This document shows, in pieces, positions 26,602-36,990 of a DNA stretch of 44,426 nt (positions are counted from its first letter, which is position 1; the number at the start of each line of letters is the position of its first letter). The position numbers were made by a program, and so were the translations under genes. The DNA is taken from contig JBEBGD010000039.1 of NCBI GenBank assembly GCA_040081625.1, positions 1 through 44,426 of the forward strand. Direction: 5' to 3'. The stretch is from Chthoniobacteraceae bacterium. Its GTDB lineage: Bacteria > Verrucomicrobiota > Verrucomicrobiia > Chthoniobacterales > Chthoniobacteraceae. The notes below the pieces were generated by a model that saw only the letters and a list, made by a program, of their open reading frames with translations, was not told the DNA's origin and ran no database searches.

Positions 26602-27780
26602 ATGATTTCACTCGAAGAAGCCCGCCGCATGATCGCCGAAGCGATCCAGCCGCGTGCGTCGGAGCAGCTTTCGCTTGCCGACGCGCGCGGCTGCGTGCTC
26701 GCGGAGGATGTGAAGGCGGACGCGGCTTATCCATCGGCAGATCGTTCGATGATGGACGGCTACGCGATCGGCGACGATGACGCGCATGAGTTCCGCGTGA
26801 CGGGCGAAGTGCGCACGGGTGCGGTGCCGGGGTTCGTGATCGGGCGCGGCGAGTGCGCGCGCATCTTCACCGGCGCGGAGCTTCCGGCGGGCGCGGCGTT
26901 CGTGATTCCGCAGGAGGATGTGGAGCGGGTAGGGGAGGTGATCAAGGTGCCGCGACGACCGGCGAAGACCTGCATCCGCCGACGTGGAGTGGAAGCGCAG
27001 CCGGGCGACGTGGTGCTGGTGCGCGGCAGCCGGCTCGGTGCTGCGGACCTTGCGATCCTCGCGCAAGTCGGCGTGACGCGAGTGCCGGTGCACCCACCCG
27101 CACGCGTGGCGCACATCGCGACTGGCGATGAATTGATTGCGCCGGATGGGGCGCTCGCGGCCGGACAGACTCGCGACACGAACTCGACGCTCATCGCCGC
27201 GCTCGTCGCGGAGTGCGGCGGGCGGATCGCGAGGCAGGATCGGTGCGGCGACGATCCGCAGAAGCTCGGTGAATGGGCGCGCACTGCGAAGGGAGATGTG
27301 CTGCTGATCTCGGGCGGCGCGAGCGTGGGCGACTACGATTTCGGCGCGCGAATGCTGCGCGACGCCGGATTCACGATCCACTTCGACAAAGTGAACCTGC
27401 GCCCCGGCAAGCCGCTCACGTTCGCCACGCGCGGCGCGCACGCGGCGTTCGTGATTCCTGGAAATCCGGTGTCGCATTTCGTCTGTTTCCACGTGGCGAT
27501 CCGGCTCGCGCTCGAGCTGGTGCAAGGCGCGCAGCCGCTTTGGGAGACGGTGCTCGTCGAGCTCGGCGGCGAGCAGGCGCTCCGCGGCGATGCGCGCGAG
27601 ACGTGGTGGCCCGCATGCGTCGCGGTGCGCGAAAGCCGCCTAGTCGCGGAGCCCCGGCGTTGGACGAGTTCCGGCGACACTTTCTCGCTCGCAGGCACGA
27701 ACGCGCTGCTCCGCGTGACGGGCGACGTGATGCCGGGCGCGCAAGTTCCGGTGCTGCTGCTCGACGTGCCGCGCGGTTGA
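26602..27780 (+). CDS. moeA: Molybdopterin molybdenumtransferase
   Basis: SMMDGYA, RIFTGA, ATGDEL, SGGASVGDYD, RPGKP, PGNPVS. Confidence 0.94.
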   Translation: MISLEEARRMIAEAIQPRASEQLSLADARGCVLAEDVKADAAYPSADRSMMDGYAIGDDDAHEFRVTGEVRTGAVPGFVIGRGECARIFTGAELPAGAAFVIPQEDVERVGEVIKVPRRPAKTCIRRRGVEAQPGDVVLVRGSRLGAADLAILAQVGVTRVPVHPPARVAHIATGDELIAPDGALAAGQTRDTNSTLIAALVAECGGRIARQDRCGDDPQKLGEWARTAKGDVLLISGGASVGDYDFGARMLRDAGFTIHFDKVNLRPGKPLTFATRGAHAAFVIPGNPVSHFVCFHVAIRLALELVQGAQPLWETVLVELGGEQALRGDARETWWPACVAVRESRLVAEPRRWTSSGDTFSLAGTNALLRVTGDVMPGAQVPVLLLDVPRG

Positions 27781-28247
27781 TGCCACACGTCCCGGCCATG
27801 ACTCCCGACTTTTCCCACCTCGACGCGACCGGCTCGGCCCGCATGGTCGATGTCGGCGCGAAGCCTGCGCAACGCCGCATCGCACGCGCCGAGGGGTTCG
27901 TGCGGTGCCGGCCTGAGACGATCGCCGCACTGCGCGAGCGCGCGTTGCCAAAGGGCGACGTGCTCACCGTCGCGAAGATCGCGGCCATCCAGGCGGCCAA
28001 GCGCACGGATGAGTTGATCCCGCTTTGTCACTCGCTGCCGGTCGATGCTGTGGAGGTGGAGTTTGAGGTAGAAGATGACGCGGTGCGCATCCGCGCGAGC
28101 GTCTCGACGACGGCGAAGACGGGCGTGGAGATGGAGGCGCTGACCGCGGTGAGCGTCGCCGCGCTGACGATCTACGACATGTGCAAGGCCGTGGACAAAA
28201 CGATGTCGATCGACGGCATCCGTGTGACCGAGAAGATCAAGGAATGA
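27780..28247 (+). CDS. moaC: Cyclic pyranopterin monophosphate synthase
   Basis: SHLD..G.ARMVDV, KGDVL, LIPLCH, TGVEMEALTAVS, YDMCKAVD. Confidence 0.96.
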   Translation: MPHVPAMTPDFSHLDATGSARMVDVGAKPAQRRIARAEGFVRCRPETIAALRERALPKGDVLTVAKIAAIQAAKRTDELIPLCHSLPVDAVEVEFEVEDDAVRIRASVSTTAKTGVEMEALTAVSVAALTIYDMCKAVDKTMSIDGIRVTEKIKE

Positions 28248-28720
28248 AGGTCGCGCGCGTGACCCTTAGCGACCGTGCGAGCGCCGGCGAATACGCGGAT
28301 CGCAGCGGACCGGAGATCGAACGCGTCCTTACCGCGTGTGGGTTTTCCGATGTGGAGTGGGTGCGCATCGTGATTCCCGACGAGCGCGCGCAGATCGAGT
28401 CCACGCTGGTGCGACTGTGTGACGAAGATGCGTGCGAACTGGTGCTGACGACCGGCGGGACCGGCCCGGCGCCGCGCGATGTGACGCCCGAGGCGACCCG
28501 CGCCGTCATCGAGCGCGAACTGCCCGGCTTCGGCGAGATCATGCGGGTGCAATCGTTCGCGAAGGTGCCGACGGCGATCCTCTCGCGGAGCACCGCCGGC
28601 ACGCGCGGGCGCTCGCTGATCGTGAACATGCCGGGCAATCCCAAGGCGATCGGCGAGTGTCTGCCGCTGGTCGTGCCGGCCATCCGCGAGGCGCTCCGGC
28701 ATTTACGGGGAGACGAATAA
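28244..28720 (+). CDS. mogA: Molybdopterin adenylyltransferase
   Basis: SDRAS.G.Y.DRSGP, TTGGTGPAPRDVTPEAT, PGFGE.MR, NMPGNP. Confidence 0.95.
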   Translation: MKVARVTLSDRASAGEYADRSGPEIERVLTACGFSDVEWVRIVIPDERAQIESTLVRLCDEDACELVLTTGGTGPAPRDVTPEATRAVIERELPGFGEIMRVQSFAKVPTAILSRSTAGTRGRSLIVNMPGNPKAIGECLPLVVPAIREALRHLRGDE

Positions 28721-28806
28721 GCCACGCCCGGGGTCCAAAAGTCGCTTCCCAAAATGCCCTGCCTGCGCTATCCGCCGCGCTCCCATCGCGTAATCTCCCT
28801 ATCCTC

Positions 28807-29784
28807 GTGTCTGCTTCCGTCTCCACTCGCAAACCACTCCTTCACCGTCTCGCCATCACCGTTCGTCAGTGGTTTGATTCCGACTACTTCCCCGATGGCC
28901 CTGAGGTCGTAGCGAACCGGCCCGATCGCTTCGAGTGGCGCCGCTGCCTGCCCTTTGTCTTCATTCACATCGGCTGCATCGGCGTGATCTGGGTGGGCTG
29001 GAGCTGGACCGCGGTGGCGCTCGCGGTCGGCCTCTATTTCCTGCGGATGTTTGCGATCACCGGCTTTTACCACCGCTACTTCTCGCACCGGACCTTCAGC
29101 ACCTCGCGATGGATGCAATTCGTCCTCGCCGTGTGGGGAAACCTCGCCATCCAGCGCGGCGCGCTCTGGTGGGCATCGGTGCATCGGCACCATCACCGGC
29201 ATTCGGATACCGATGAAGACGTCCACTCCGCGCGGCTGAAGGGCTTCCTCTGGTCGCACATCGGGTGGATGACGAGCAGCAACAACTTCCCGACCGACTA
29301 CAAGGTCGTGCGCGATCTCGCGCGGTTCCCCGAGCTGGTCTTTCTCAACCGCTTCGACATGATCGTGCCCGCGGTCTTCGGCCTCGCGCTCTTCGGACTT
29401 GGCGCGCTGCTCAACTGGCTCGCGCCCGGTCTCGGCACCAGTGGCGGGCAGCTCTTCTTCTGGGGTTTCTTTGTCAGCAGCACCTTCCTGCTGCACGGCA
29501 CGCTCTTCATCAACTCGCTCGCCCACGTCTGGGGCGGACGCCGGTTCGCGACCAGCGACGACAGCCGCAACAACTTCTGGCTCGCGCTCATCACCCTCGG
29601 CGAAGGCTGGCACAACAACCACCACCGCTTCATGGGCTCGACGCGGCAGGGTTTCTTTTGGTGGGAAGTGGACATCACCTACTACCTGCTCAAGGCCATG
29701 GAATCGGTCGGCCTGATCTGGGATGTGAAGCCCGTGCCGCCCAGCGTGCTCGCGGAAGCGCGCCAGCTCGACAAGGCGGCCTGA
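28807..29784 (+). CDS. Acyl-CoA / fatty acid (delta-9-like) desaturase
   Basis: Three His boxes: HRYFSH, HRHHHRH, HNNHH; start uncertain (GTG 28807). Confidence 0.93.
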   Translation: MSASVSTRKPLLHRLAITVRQWFDSDYFPDGPEVVANRPDRFEWRRCLPFVFIHIGCIGVIWVGWSWTAVALAVGLYFLRMFAITGFYHRYFSHRTFSTSRWMQFVLAVWGNLAIQRGALWWASVHRHHHRHSDTDEDVHSARLKGFLWSHIGWMTSSNNFPTDYKVVRDLARFPELVFLNRFDMIVPAVFGLALFGLGALLNWLAPGLGTSGGQLFFWGFFVSSTFLLHGTLFINSLAHVWGGRRFATSDDSRNNFWLALITLGEGWHNNHHRFMGSTRQGFFWWEVDITYYLLKAMESVGLIWDVKPVPPSVLAEARQLDKAA

Positions 29785-29836
29785 GGCAAAAGCGGCAGTT
29801 GTCAGCGTGAGCCCCTCGGGGCTAAATGCGTGCCGC

Positions 29837-30544
29837 ATGAAAACTCTCACCCTCTTCCTGCTCACGCTTGGTGCGTGTGCGTCCGCCGCTGACCCGGTCA
29901 GCCTTTTCAACGGCAAAGACCTCGCCGGCTGGCAGCCGCCGCTCGGCACGTGGAGCGCGGTGGAGAGTGTCACGCTCGATCCTGCGAACCCGAAAGCCTT
30001 TCTGTCCAAGCCGGGCGCGGGCGTGGTCATCAACAGCACCGGCGGCAAGACCGTCAACATCACGAGCACGGGCGAGTGGGGCGATTGCGAGATGCACGTC
30101 GAGTTCTGCGTGCCGCAGGGCTCGAACTCCGGCATCTACCTAATGGGCCTCTACGAAGTGCAGGTGTTCGACAGCTTCGGCAAAGCCAGCTTCGCCGAGC
30201 ACGATTGTGGTGCGATCTACCAGCGCTGGGATCCGGCCCGCGGCAAGGGCAAGGAGGGCTATGAAGGCCACGCGCCGCGCGTGAACGCGAGCAAGCCGCC
30301 GGGCGAGTGGCAGAGCTTCGACATCACGTTCCGCGCGCCGCGTTTTGACGCCGCGGGGAAGAAGATCGAGAACGCGAAGTTTGTGAAGGTCGTCCACAAC
30401 GGGCAGGTCATTCACGAGAACGTGGAGATGAACGGGCCGACGCGCGGCGCGAAATTCCCCGAGGCGAAGCCGGCGGGACCGATCGTGATCCAGGGCGACC
30501 ACGGCCCGGTCGCGTATCGCAACTTCAAGCTCACGCCGCAGTGA
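29837..30544 (+). CDS. DUF1080 (3-keto-disaccharide hydrolase-like) secreted protein
   Basis: LFNGKDLAGW, SNSGIY, GEWQSFDI, QGDHG.V.YRN. Confidence 0.9.
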   Translation: MKTLTLFLLTLGACASAADPVSLFNGKDLAGWQPPLGTWSAVESVTLDPANPKAFLSKPGAGVVINSTGGKTVNITSTGEWGDCEMHVEFCVPQGSNSGIYLMGLYEVQVFDSFGKASFAEHDCGAIYQRWDPARGKGKEGYEGHAPRVNASKPPGEWQSFDITFRAPRFDAAGKKIENAKFVKVVHNGQVIHENVEMNGPTRGAKFPEAKPAGPIVIQGDHGPVAYRNFKLTPQ

Positions 30545-31362
30545 AGCTCGGATTCCTCGGCTCGGGAAAGATGGCGTCGGCGCTCGCGCGCGGCGTGGTG
30601 CATAGCGGCGACTTCGAAGGCTCGCAGCTCATCGTGAGCGACGTGGTGAAGACCGCCGCGGGCAAACTCGCGCGCGCGACCGGCGCGAAGGTCGCCGCGA
30701 ACAACCGCGAGCTCGCCACTTCGTGCGACGTGCTCGTGCTGTGCGTTAAGCCCGCGGATGCGCTCGCCGCCTTGCGCGAAGCCAGCGTGCCCCTCGCCGG
30801 CAAGCTCGTCATTTCCATCGTCGCCGGCCTCCCGCTGCTCGCGCTCGAGGAAGCCGCCGTCGCCACCGCGCGGCTCATCCGCGTGATGCCGAACACGCCC
30901 GCGCTCATCGGCCAGGGCGCCGCGGCTTACACGCTCGGCCGCAGCGCCACTGCCGCGGACGCGGCGCTCACCGAGCGGATTTTCAGCGCCGTCGGCTTTG
31001 CCGTGCGCGTGAAGGAGGAACTGCTCGATGTCGTGACCGGGCTCAGCGGCAGTGGGCCGGCGTTTATTTACACCGTCATCGAAGCGCTCGCAGACGGCGG
31101 CGTGCTCATGGGCCTGCCGCGCGATCTCGCGCTGCGGCTGGCCGCGCAGACCGTCGCCGGCGCCGCCGGCATGGTGCGCGAGACCGACAGCCATCCCGCG
31201 GTGCTGCGCGATCAAGTGACCAGTCCCGGCGGCACGACCGTCGCGGGGCTCGAGGTGCTCGAGACCTTCGGGCTTCGCGCCGCGCTCATCTCCGCCGTGC
31301 GCGCGGCCACCGAACGCTCGCGCGAACTCGGCCGGATCACCGCGGATGCCGCGGAGGACTGA
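30541..31362 (+). CDS. proC: Pyrroline-5-carboxylate reductase
   Basis: GFLGSGKMA, RVMPNTP, SGSGPAF, VTSPGGTT. Confidence 0.97.
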   Translation: MKLGFLGSGKMASALARGVVHSGDFEGSQLIVSDVVKTAAGKLARATGAKVAANNRELATSCDVLVLCVKPADALAALREASVPLAGKLVISIVAGLPLLALEEAAVATARLIRVMPNTPALIGQGAAAYTLGRSATAADAALTERIFSAVGFAVRVKEELLDVVTGLSGSGPAFIYTVIEALADGGVLMGLPRDLALRLAAQTVAGAAGMVRETDSHPAVLRDQVTSPGGTTVAGLEVLETFGLRAALISAVRAATERSRELGRITADAAED

Positions 31363-31386
31363 TTCGCGATTGCGACGACCGACGAG

Positions 31387-32082
31387 ATGAAGACGCCGCG
31401 CCGCTTGTTCCTGACTGCGCTGATCTGCGCCGCCTGCGGCTTCCCCGCAGTCCACGCGCAGTCGCCGCGGTTCCGCATCGGCCCGAGCGCGGACATCCAG
31501 GAGGAGGGGAAGAAGAAAGTCTCCGACGAAGCTCAGGCGACCTCGAAGGCCGCGATGGCCGCGCTCGAGAAAGGCGACAGCGCCGGCGCGAAGAAGCTCT
31601 TCCAGAAAGTGCTCGCGCTCGCCCCGGCGAACGCGCCGACGCTGATCAACCTCGGCCTCATCGAATACCGCCAGAAGCGCTACGCCGACGCGGAGACGCT
31701 GCTCAAGAGCGCCGTCAAGAGCGCGCCCGAATCCGGCCTGCCATGGCTCGTGCTCGGCGTGCTCCAGTATGAGCAGAACAAGCTCGACGCCGCATTCGCC
31801 TCGCTCGCGATGTCCGTTTACCTCGACCCGAAGGACGCGCGCACGCATCACTACCTCGGCATCGTCGTCGGCAGCAAAGGCTGGTATTCCGCCGCCGAGG
31901 ACGAGATGCGCAAGGCGATCGAGATCGAGCCGGGCTACGCCGAGGCACACTACAATCTCGCCGTCTTCTACCTCGAGCGGAAGCCGCCCTCCATCGAACT
32001 CGCCCGCCGCCATTACTACAAGTCTCTCGACCTCGGCGGCGCGCCCGATGCGGATCTCGAGAAAAAGATCGAGGCCAGGTGA
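31387..32082 (+). CDS. Secreted tetratricopeptide repeat protein
   Basis: Signal peptide; TPR-like repeats (NLGLIE, VLGVLQ, YLGIV, AHYNLA). Confidence 0.88.
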   Translation: MKTPRRLFLTALICAACGFPAVHAQSPRFRIGPSADIQEEGKKKVSDEAQATSKAAMAALEKGDSAGAKKLFQKVLALAPANAPTLINLGLIEYRQKRYADAETLLKSAVKSAPESGLPWLVLGVLQYEQNKLDAAFASLAMSVYLDPKDARTHHYLGIVVGSKGWYSAAEDEMRKAIEIEPGYAEAHYNLAVFYLERKPPSIELARRHYYKSLDLGGAPDADLEKKIEAR

Positions 32083-32627
32083 GCGCGCACCGTCCCGGCG
32101 CGATCCTCTGGCTGACCGGCCTCAGCGGCTCGGGCAAAACGACGATCGCCACTGGGATCGAACAACTTCTCGCGTCTGAAGGCGTGCGCGCGTGCGTCCT
32201 CGATGGCGATGACCTTCGCCGCGGCCTCAGCTCCGATCTCGGATTCTCCGCGGAAGATCGCGCCGAGAATATGCGGCGCGCCGCCGAAGTCGCGCGACTG
32301 CTCGCCCACGCGGGCCTCGTCGTCATCGTCGCGCTCATCAGCCCGATTCGGGACGAACGCCGCCGGGCACGCGAGACCGCGCGTGCGGGCGGCGTGGAGT
32401 TCGCGGAGATCTTCCTCGATTGCCCGCTCGCCATCTGCGAGCAGCGCGACCCGAAGGGCCTCTACAAAAAAGCGCGCGCCGGTGAGATCGGGGATTTCAC
32501 AGGGGTCAGCGCCGCCTACGAACCTCCCGATCGCGCGGAGTTGGTCGTGCGCAGCGGCGAGGAGCCGCCGGAAGACAGCGTGTCGAAGATCATGGCCTGC
32601 CTTCGCAGCCGCCTTCGCGAGGGGTGA
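32079..32627 (+). CDS. cysC: Adenylyl-sulfate kinase
   Basis: WLTGLSGSGKTT, LDGDDLR.GL..DLGFS, RDPKGLYKKA, FTGVSAAYEPP. Confidence 0.96.
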   Translation: MSAHRPGAILWLTGLSGSGKTTIATGIEQLLASEGVRACVLDGDDLRRGLSSDLGFSAEDRAENMRRAAEVARLLAHAGLVVIVALISPIRDERRRARETARAGGVEFAEIFLDCPLAICEQRDPKGLYKKARAGEIGDFTGVSAAYEPPDRAELVVRSGEEPPEDSVSKIMACLRSRLREG

Positions 32628-32679
32628 AGTCGATGCGCGGTCTTGCGCGTCGCCCGCTTTTGCATATCACACGCGCCCC

Positions 32680-33564
32680 ATGATCCGACGCAGCGCAGTT
32701 TTCCTCATCGCCACGGTCCTCGCCCTGATGCCCGCGGCGGCGGCCACGAAGAAATCCACCACCCCGACGAAGAAGCCCGCGGCACCGGCGAAGAGCCCCG
32801 GCATCGCGGAACCGTTCGCCGTCCAGGGCGACGGCCGCCCGCCCGCCGTCGGCGCGCGCGCCTACATCGTGCTCGATGCGCGCACGGGCAGAGTGCTCGA
32901 CGAAAAGAACGCCGACCAGCAGCGCCCTGTCGCCAGCACGCAGAAGCTGCTCACCGCGCTGCTCGTCGCCGAGAGCGGGGACCTGGACGTGAACGTGACG
33001 GTGAAATCCCCCGACACCTGGGCCGAGCCCTCGAAACTCTACCTCAAGCCGGGCGAGATCTACCAGCGCTACAAGCTGCTCCAGATTCTCCTCGTCAAGA
33101 GCATGAACGACGTGGCGCGCTGCCTGGCCCGCGACAATGCGGGCAGCGTCGAGATCTTCGCCGCGAAGATGAACGCGAAGGCGCGCACACTCGGCATGGT
33201 CAACTCAAACTTCGTCAACCCGAACGGCCTGCCCGCCTCGGGCCAGTATTCCACGGCGCGCGACATGGGGAAGGTCGCGATGGCCGCGTATCGCAACCCG
33301 ATCATCCGCAGCATCGTCAAGATGAAGACCTTCACCTGGACCTACAGCGACGGGCGCAAGCGCACGTTTGAAAACACGAACGTGGTCCTGCGCAACTACG
33401 CGCTCTGCAACGGCATGAAGACCGGCTACACCGAGGCTGCGGGCCACTGCCTGATCTCGAGCGCGAGCTATGGCGGCAGGGACGTCATCGTCGTCGCGCT
33501 CGGCCATCCGAAGTCGGTCTGGAACGACTCGTATCGGCTGCTGCACTGGGCGCTCTCGTCCTAG
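32680..33564 (+). CDS. D-alanyl-D-alanine carboxypeptidase (peptidase S11)
   Basis: ASTQK (SxxK), SMN (SxN), NPNGL, KTG motifs; signal peptide. Confidence 0.93.
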   Translation: MIRRSAVFLIATVLALMPAAAATKKSTTPTKKPAAPAKSPGIAEPFAVQGDGRPPAVGARAYIVLDARTGRVLDEKNADQQRPVASTQKLLTALLVAESGDLDVNVTVKSPDTWAEPSKLYLKPGEIYQRYKLLQILLVKSMNDVARCLARDNAGSVEIFAAKMNAKARTLGMVNSNFVNPNGLPASGQYSTARDMGKVAMAAYRNPIIRSIVKMKTFTWTYSDGRKRTFENTNVVLRNYALCNGMKTGYTEAAGHCLISSASYGGRDVIVVALGHPKSVWNDSYRLLHWALSS

Positions 33565-35072
33565 CAGGCCGCCCTGAGAATCATCCCGAGGGCCTTCAGG
33601 CCCAGCTCGTTCAAGTTGTATGGCTTCGCGACGAACTCGATGCGCTCTCCCTTGATCGAATTCAGGCGCTCCCTCGCGCTGTTGAGGCCGCTGACGAACA
33701 GGATCGGGGTCTCCCGATGGTGTTCCATCTGGCGGACGCGCTCGAAGATCTCGAACCCGTCCATGCCCGGCATGTTCACGTCGAGGATGATGAGATCGCA
33801 CGGCACAGCCGCCAGCTCGACGAGCGCGATCTCGGGCTTCGACGCATACTTGGTGAAGAGCATCATCTTCTCGAGCCCGGCGGCGATGCACTCGCAATTG
33901 TCCACGTCGTCGTCAACCGAATAGACAAGCCCGCCGACAGGGTCGGGAATCGCGGCGCGGTCGCCGGTCGTGGTGAGCATGCCGAGCAGATCGAGCGCTT
34001 CGTTCAGGGTCGGAAGCGTGACGGCGATCTTCTTGGGCGACTTGCGGAGCCAGCGCGTGAGCTCGCGGCACCCCACGGCGTATCGATGCACGGCGGCGAG
34101 CTCGGCGGCGTGGGCTCCTTCGGAAAAAGCGCGGAGATGATTGTCGAGCGCGTCGAGTGGAGTCAGGTCGTCTGGATGCGCGGCCAGCCCGGCCAGGCAA
34201 TCGCGCATGGTCGCCAGTGCGGCACCGGCTTCAGCGCAACCCAGCGGGGCTGGCGAAACCGGATCCGGCGAAGTCGCGGGACCGGCGAGTCGCAACCCGC
34301 CGGCCGGGGATGCGCCCGAAGCGCTGGCGGTGACTGGCTGCGGCTGTGCCGTGGCGAGCTGCGCGCGCAAGGCCGTGAGCTGCTGCTCGTGCGCGTTCTG
34401 GGCGGCGGCGAGCTCCGAGCGAAGTGCATCCCGGTCGGCTCCGATGCGCTCGGATTCCGCCTTCGCCTTCTCCAGCGCCTTCAGCGCGATGGTGCGCGCC
34501 TGCTGCGCGGCGGCGAACTGTCCGGCCAGGACCGCGAGATCGCGCTTCTGCGGGGCGCCGCCGCCATCGGCCTCGCTCTCCGGCGCATTGGCGCGGGCGG
34601 CGGCGAGTTCCTCGGTCAGTTCCGCGATGATTCGTTCCGCGTCGGTCGAGTCGGCCGCGTATTTGGTTTCGGTGGCGGTCAGCGTGGTGATTTGCTGGCC
34701 CAGCTCGGCGGCGATCCGGCGCAGTTCCACGCACTCCTCGATGTAGCGGTCCCGCTCCCTGATCGCGGCGTCGCGCGCGGCCACGGCATCCTCGCATTCG
34801 GATTCCACCTCCGCGACCTTGTCATTGGCGCGCGCCAGCTCGGCGATCAGTTCGTGGTTTCGCGTCAGCAAAAGATCGCGCGCCTGGCGGATGGAAAGAT
34901 TTGTCTCCTCGAGCTTCACCATGCGAGTCGCGAGCTCGCGCGACGCACGGGGAATGCCGGCCAGCTCCTGCGACAGTCGCTCGCGCTCACGCGCGACCTC
35001 GAGCTGATCGCGCAGCAGCGACGCGTGGAGCAACTGCAATTCGGCTGTCGAAATCTCGCTGTCGATGTTCAC
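33561..35072 (-). CDS. Response regulator with long N-terminal coiled coil and C-terminal receiver domain
   Basis: VDDD, DLIILDVNMPGMDGFE, ILFVSG, KPY in the C-terminus; heptad-rich N-terminus. Confidence 0.88.
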   Translation of the reverse strand: MNIDSEISTAELQLLHASLLRDQLEVARERERLSQELAGIPRASRELATRMVKLEETNLSIRQARDLLLTRNHELIAELARANDKVAEVESECEDAVAARDAAIRERDRYIEECVELRRIAAELGQQITTLTATETKYAADSTDAERIIAELTEELAAARANAPESEADGGGAPQKRDLAVLAGQFAAAQQARTIALKALEKAKAESERIGADRDALRSELAAAQNAHEQQLTALRAQLATAQPQPVTASASGASPAGGLRLAGPATSPDPVSPAPLGCAEAGAALATMRDCLAGLAAHPDDLTPLDALDNHLRAFSEGAHAAELAAVHRYAVGCRELTRWLRKSPKKIAVTLPTLNEALDLLGMLTTTGDRAAIPDPVGGLVYSVDDDVDNCECIAAGLEKMMLFTKYASKPEIALVELAAVPCDLIILDVNMPGMDGFEIFERVRQMEHHRETPILFVSGLNSARERLNSIKGERIEFVAKPYNLNELGLKALGMILRAAC

Positions 35073-35291
35073 GGCTGCGGCATCCGGTGCCGGCCTGCTG
35101 CGGCGGCTTCGCGGTGAGACTGTGTTGGCGGAGTTTCTACGTCCGGAGCGTTCGCGGTGCGTGTTGTTTGCATGGGCGGTGCTCGATTGAGGTTAGCAAC
35201 GCCCATGCCGCCGCTCGCTGGCTCGGAGAAAAATCTCTTCGCCGCCGGTCCGCCGCCGGTTACTCACACGGCCACCGCCCGCTTCCCCACC

Positions 35292-36461
35292 ATGTCCGCC
35301 TTCGACTCCGAACTCGACCAACTGCGCGCCCGCTCCCTCTTCCGGCGCCTTCGCGAGTTCGACTCGCCCGCCGGCACCGAAGTCTCCCTCGGCGGCAAGC
35401 GCCTCCTCAACTTCGCCTCCAACGACTACCTCGGCTTCGCAGCCGACCCCGTCCTGCGCGAAGCCGCCAAGGCCGCCATCGACAAATACGGCGTCGGCTC
35501 CGGCGCCTCGCGGCTCATCTGCGGCACCCTCTCGCCGCACGCGCGGCTCGAGGAAGCCCTCGCCGACTTCAAGCGCACCGAAGCAGCGCTCACCTTCTCC
35601 AGCGGCTACGCCGCCGCCGTCGGCACCCTCGGCGCACTCTGCGGCCGCGACGACGTCATCATCCTCGACAAACTCGCCCACGCCTCCCTCATCGACGGCG
35701 CCAAGCTCTCCGGCGCCGTCCTCCGCATCTTCCCCCACAACCACCTCGGCAAACTCGAGAGCCACCTGCGCTGGGCGCGCGAAAACTACCCCGACGCCCG
35801 CATCCTCGTCGTCACCGAATCCGTCTTCAGCATGGATGGCGACTGGTGCCCGCTCGCGGAAATCGTCGCGCTCAAAAACCGCTTCGGCGCCCTGCTCCTG
35901 CTCGACGAAGCCCACGCCCTCGGCGTCATCGGCGACCACGGCCGCGGCCTCGCCGACCACCTCGGCCTCGCCGGAAAAGTGGACATCCACTTGGGCACGC
36001 TCAGCAAGGCACTCGGCTGCTCGGGCGGCACCATCTGCGGCACACGCGCGCTCATCGACCTGCTCATCAACCGCGCCCGCGCCTTCATCTACTCGACCGC
36101 CCCGCCGCCCGCGCTCGCCGCCACCGCGCGTGCCGCGATTGAGCTGCTCCTTTCCCCCACCGGCGAGATGCGCCGGCAGCGGCTGCGCCAAAACCTCGCG
36201 CAGTTCGCCGAGGGCATGCCGCAACTTTTCGACGCCGAGCGCAAAATCCAAAGCGCCATCATCCCCGTCATGCTCGGCCCCGCCGACGCCGCGCTCGAAG
36301 CCGCGCGCCGGCTCGCCGACGCCGGCTGCTTTGTGCCCGCCATCCGCTATCCCACCGTCCCGAAAGACGCCGCCCGTCTCCGCGTGACCCTCAGCGCCCG
36401 GCACCTGCCCGACCAGATCAGCGCGCTGTGCAAAGCCGTGGCTCACGTTGTCTCAACGTGA
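35292..36461 (+). CDS. bioF: 8-amino-7-oxononanoate synthase
   Basis: NFASNDYLG, GSGASRL, HASLIDG, ESVFSMDGD, DEAHALG, TLSKA, IRYPTVP. Confidence 0.94.
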   Translation: MSAFDSELDQLRARSLFRRLREFDSPAGTEVSLGGKRLLNFASNDYLGFAADPVLREAAKAAIDKYGVGSGASRLICGTLSPHARLEEALADFKRTEAALTFSSGYAAAVGTLGALCGRDDVIILDKLAHASLIDGAKLSGAVLRIFPHNHLGKLESHLRWARENYPDARILVVTESVFSMDGDWCPLAEIVALKNRFGALLLLDEAHALGVIGDHGRGLADHLGLAGKVDIHLGTLSKALGCSGGTICGTRALIDLLINRARAFIYSTAPPPALAATARAAIELLLSPTGEMRRQRLRQNLAQFAEGMPQLFDAERKIQSAIIPVMLGPADAALEAARRLADAGCFVPAIRYPTVPKDAARLRVTLSARHLPDQISALCKAVAHVVST

Positions 36462-36757
36462 AGTCTGCCTGCGCGCGTAGCGCCAAACCTCCTGTCAGCG
36501 CGCTCCGTGTGGACGGGCTTTCAATTGTCGCCGTGTTTCCGCCTCGACCTGCCTGCGGCAGTCACGTTGGGGACCACGTGAGCCACGGCCAAAATCTTCC
36601 CGAAAAATTTCGTTGCCACATCTCGCGCCGAGTCCTACACCCACCCTCGCTGAACATGCACTCGATTCTGCACATCGCGCCCGCCGCCGTTAGTCATCGG
36701 CTCATCGGCTCGTAGCGGCGCGCCGGCACAATACGCGGACATGACCAGGGGCCGCCG

Positions 36758-36990
36758 GACCATTCCCGGGAATGACTGCGCGGTCCGCTGCCATGACGGA
36801 GCGACACGCTGGCATCATGGCGCGGTGCCGCAGGATGATTCCGCGATACCGCAGAATGATTCCACGGCGCCGTGGAAGCCCTGTCTGGCGCGCCATAAGG
36901 CCGATTATCGCGCCAGGGAACCCCTCCACGGTGCCGTGGACCCGTCGCGCGGTGCCGTGCAGCCAATCTCACGGCATCGCGCAGCCCTGC
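36758..36990. repeat. Degenerate 21-bp tandem repeat tract
   Basis: In-register units at 36758, 36779, 36800, 36821, 36842 (ATGA/ATCA at unit positions 15-18); closest pair cgcggtgccgcaggatgattc / cgcgataccgcagaatgattc; looser copies continue to about 36990. Confidence 0.7.
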
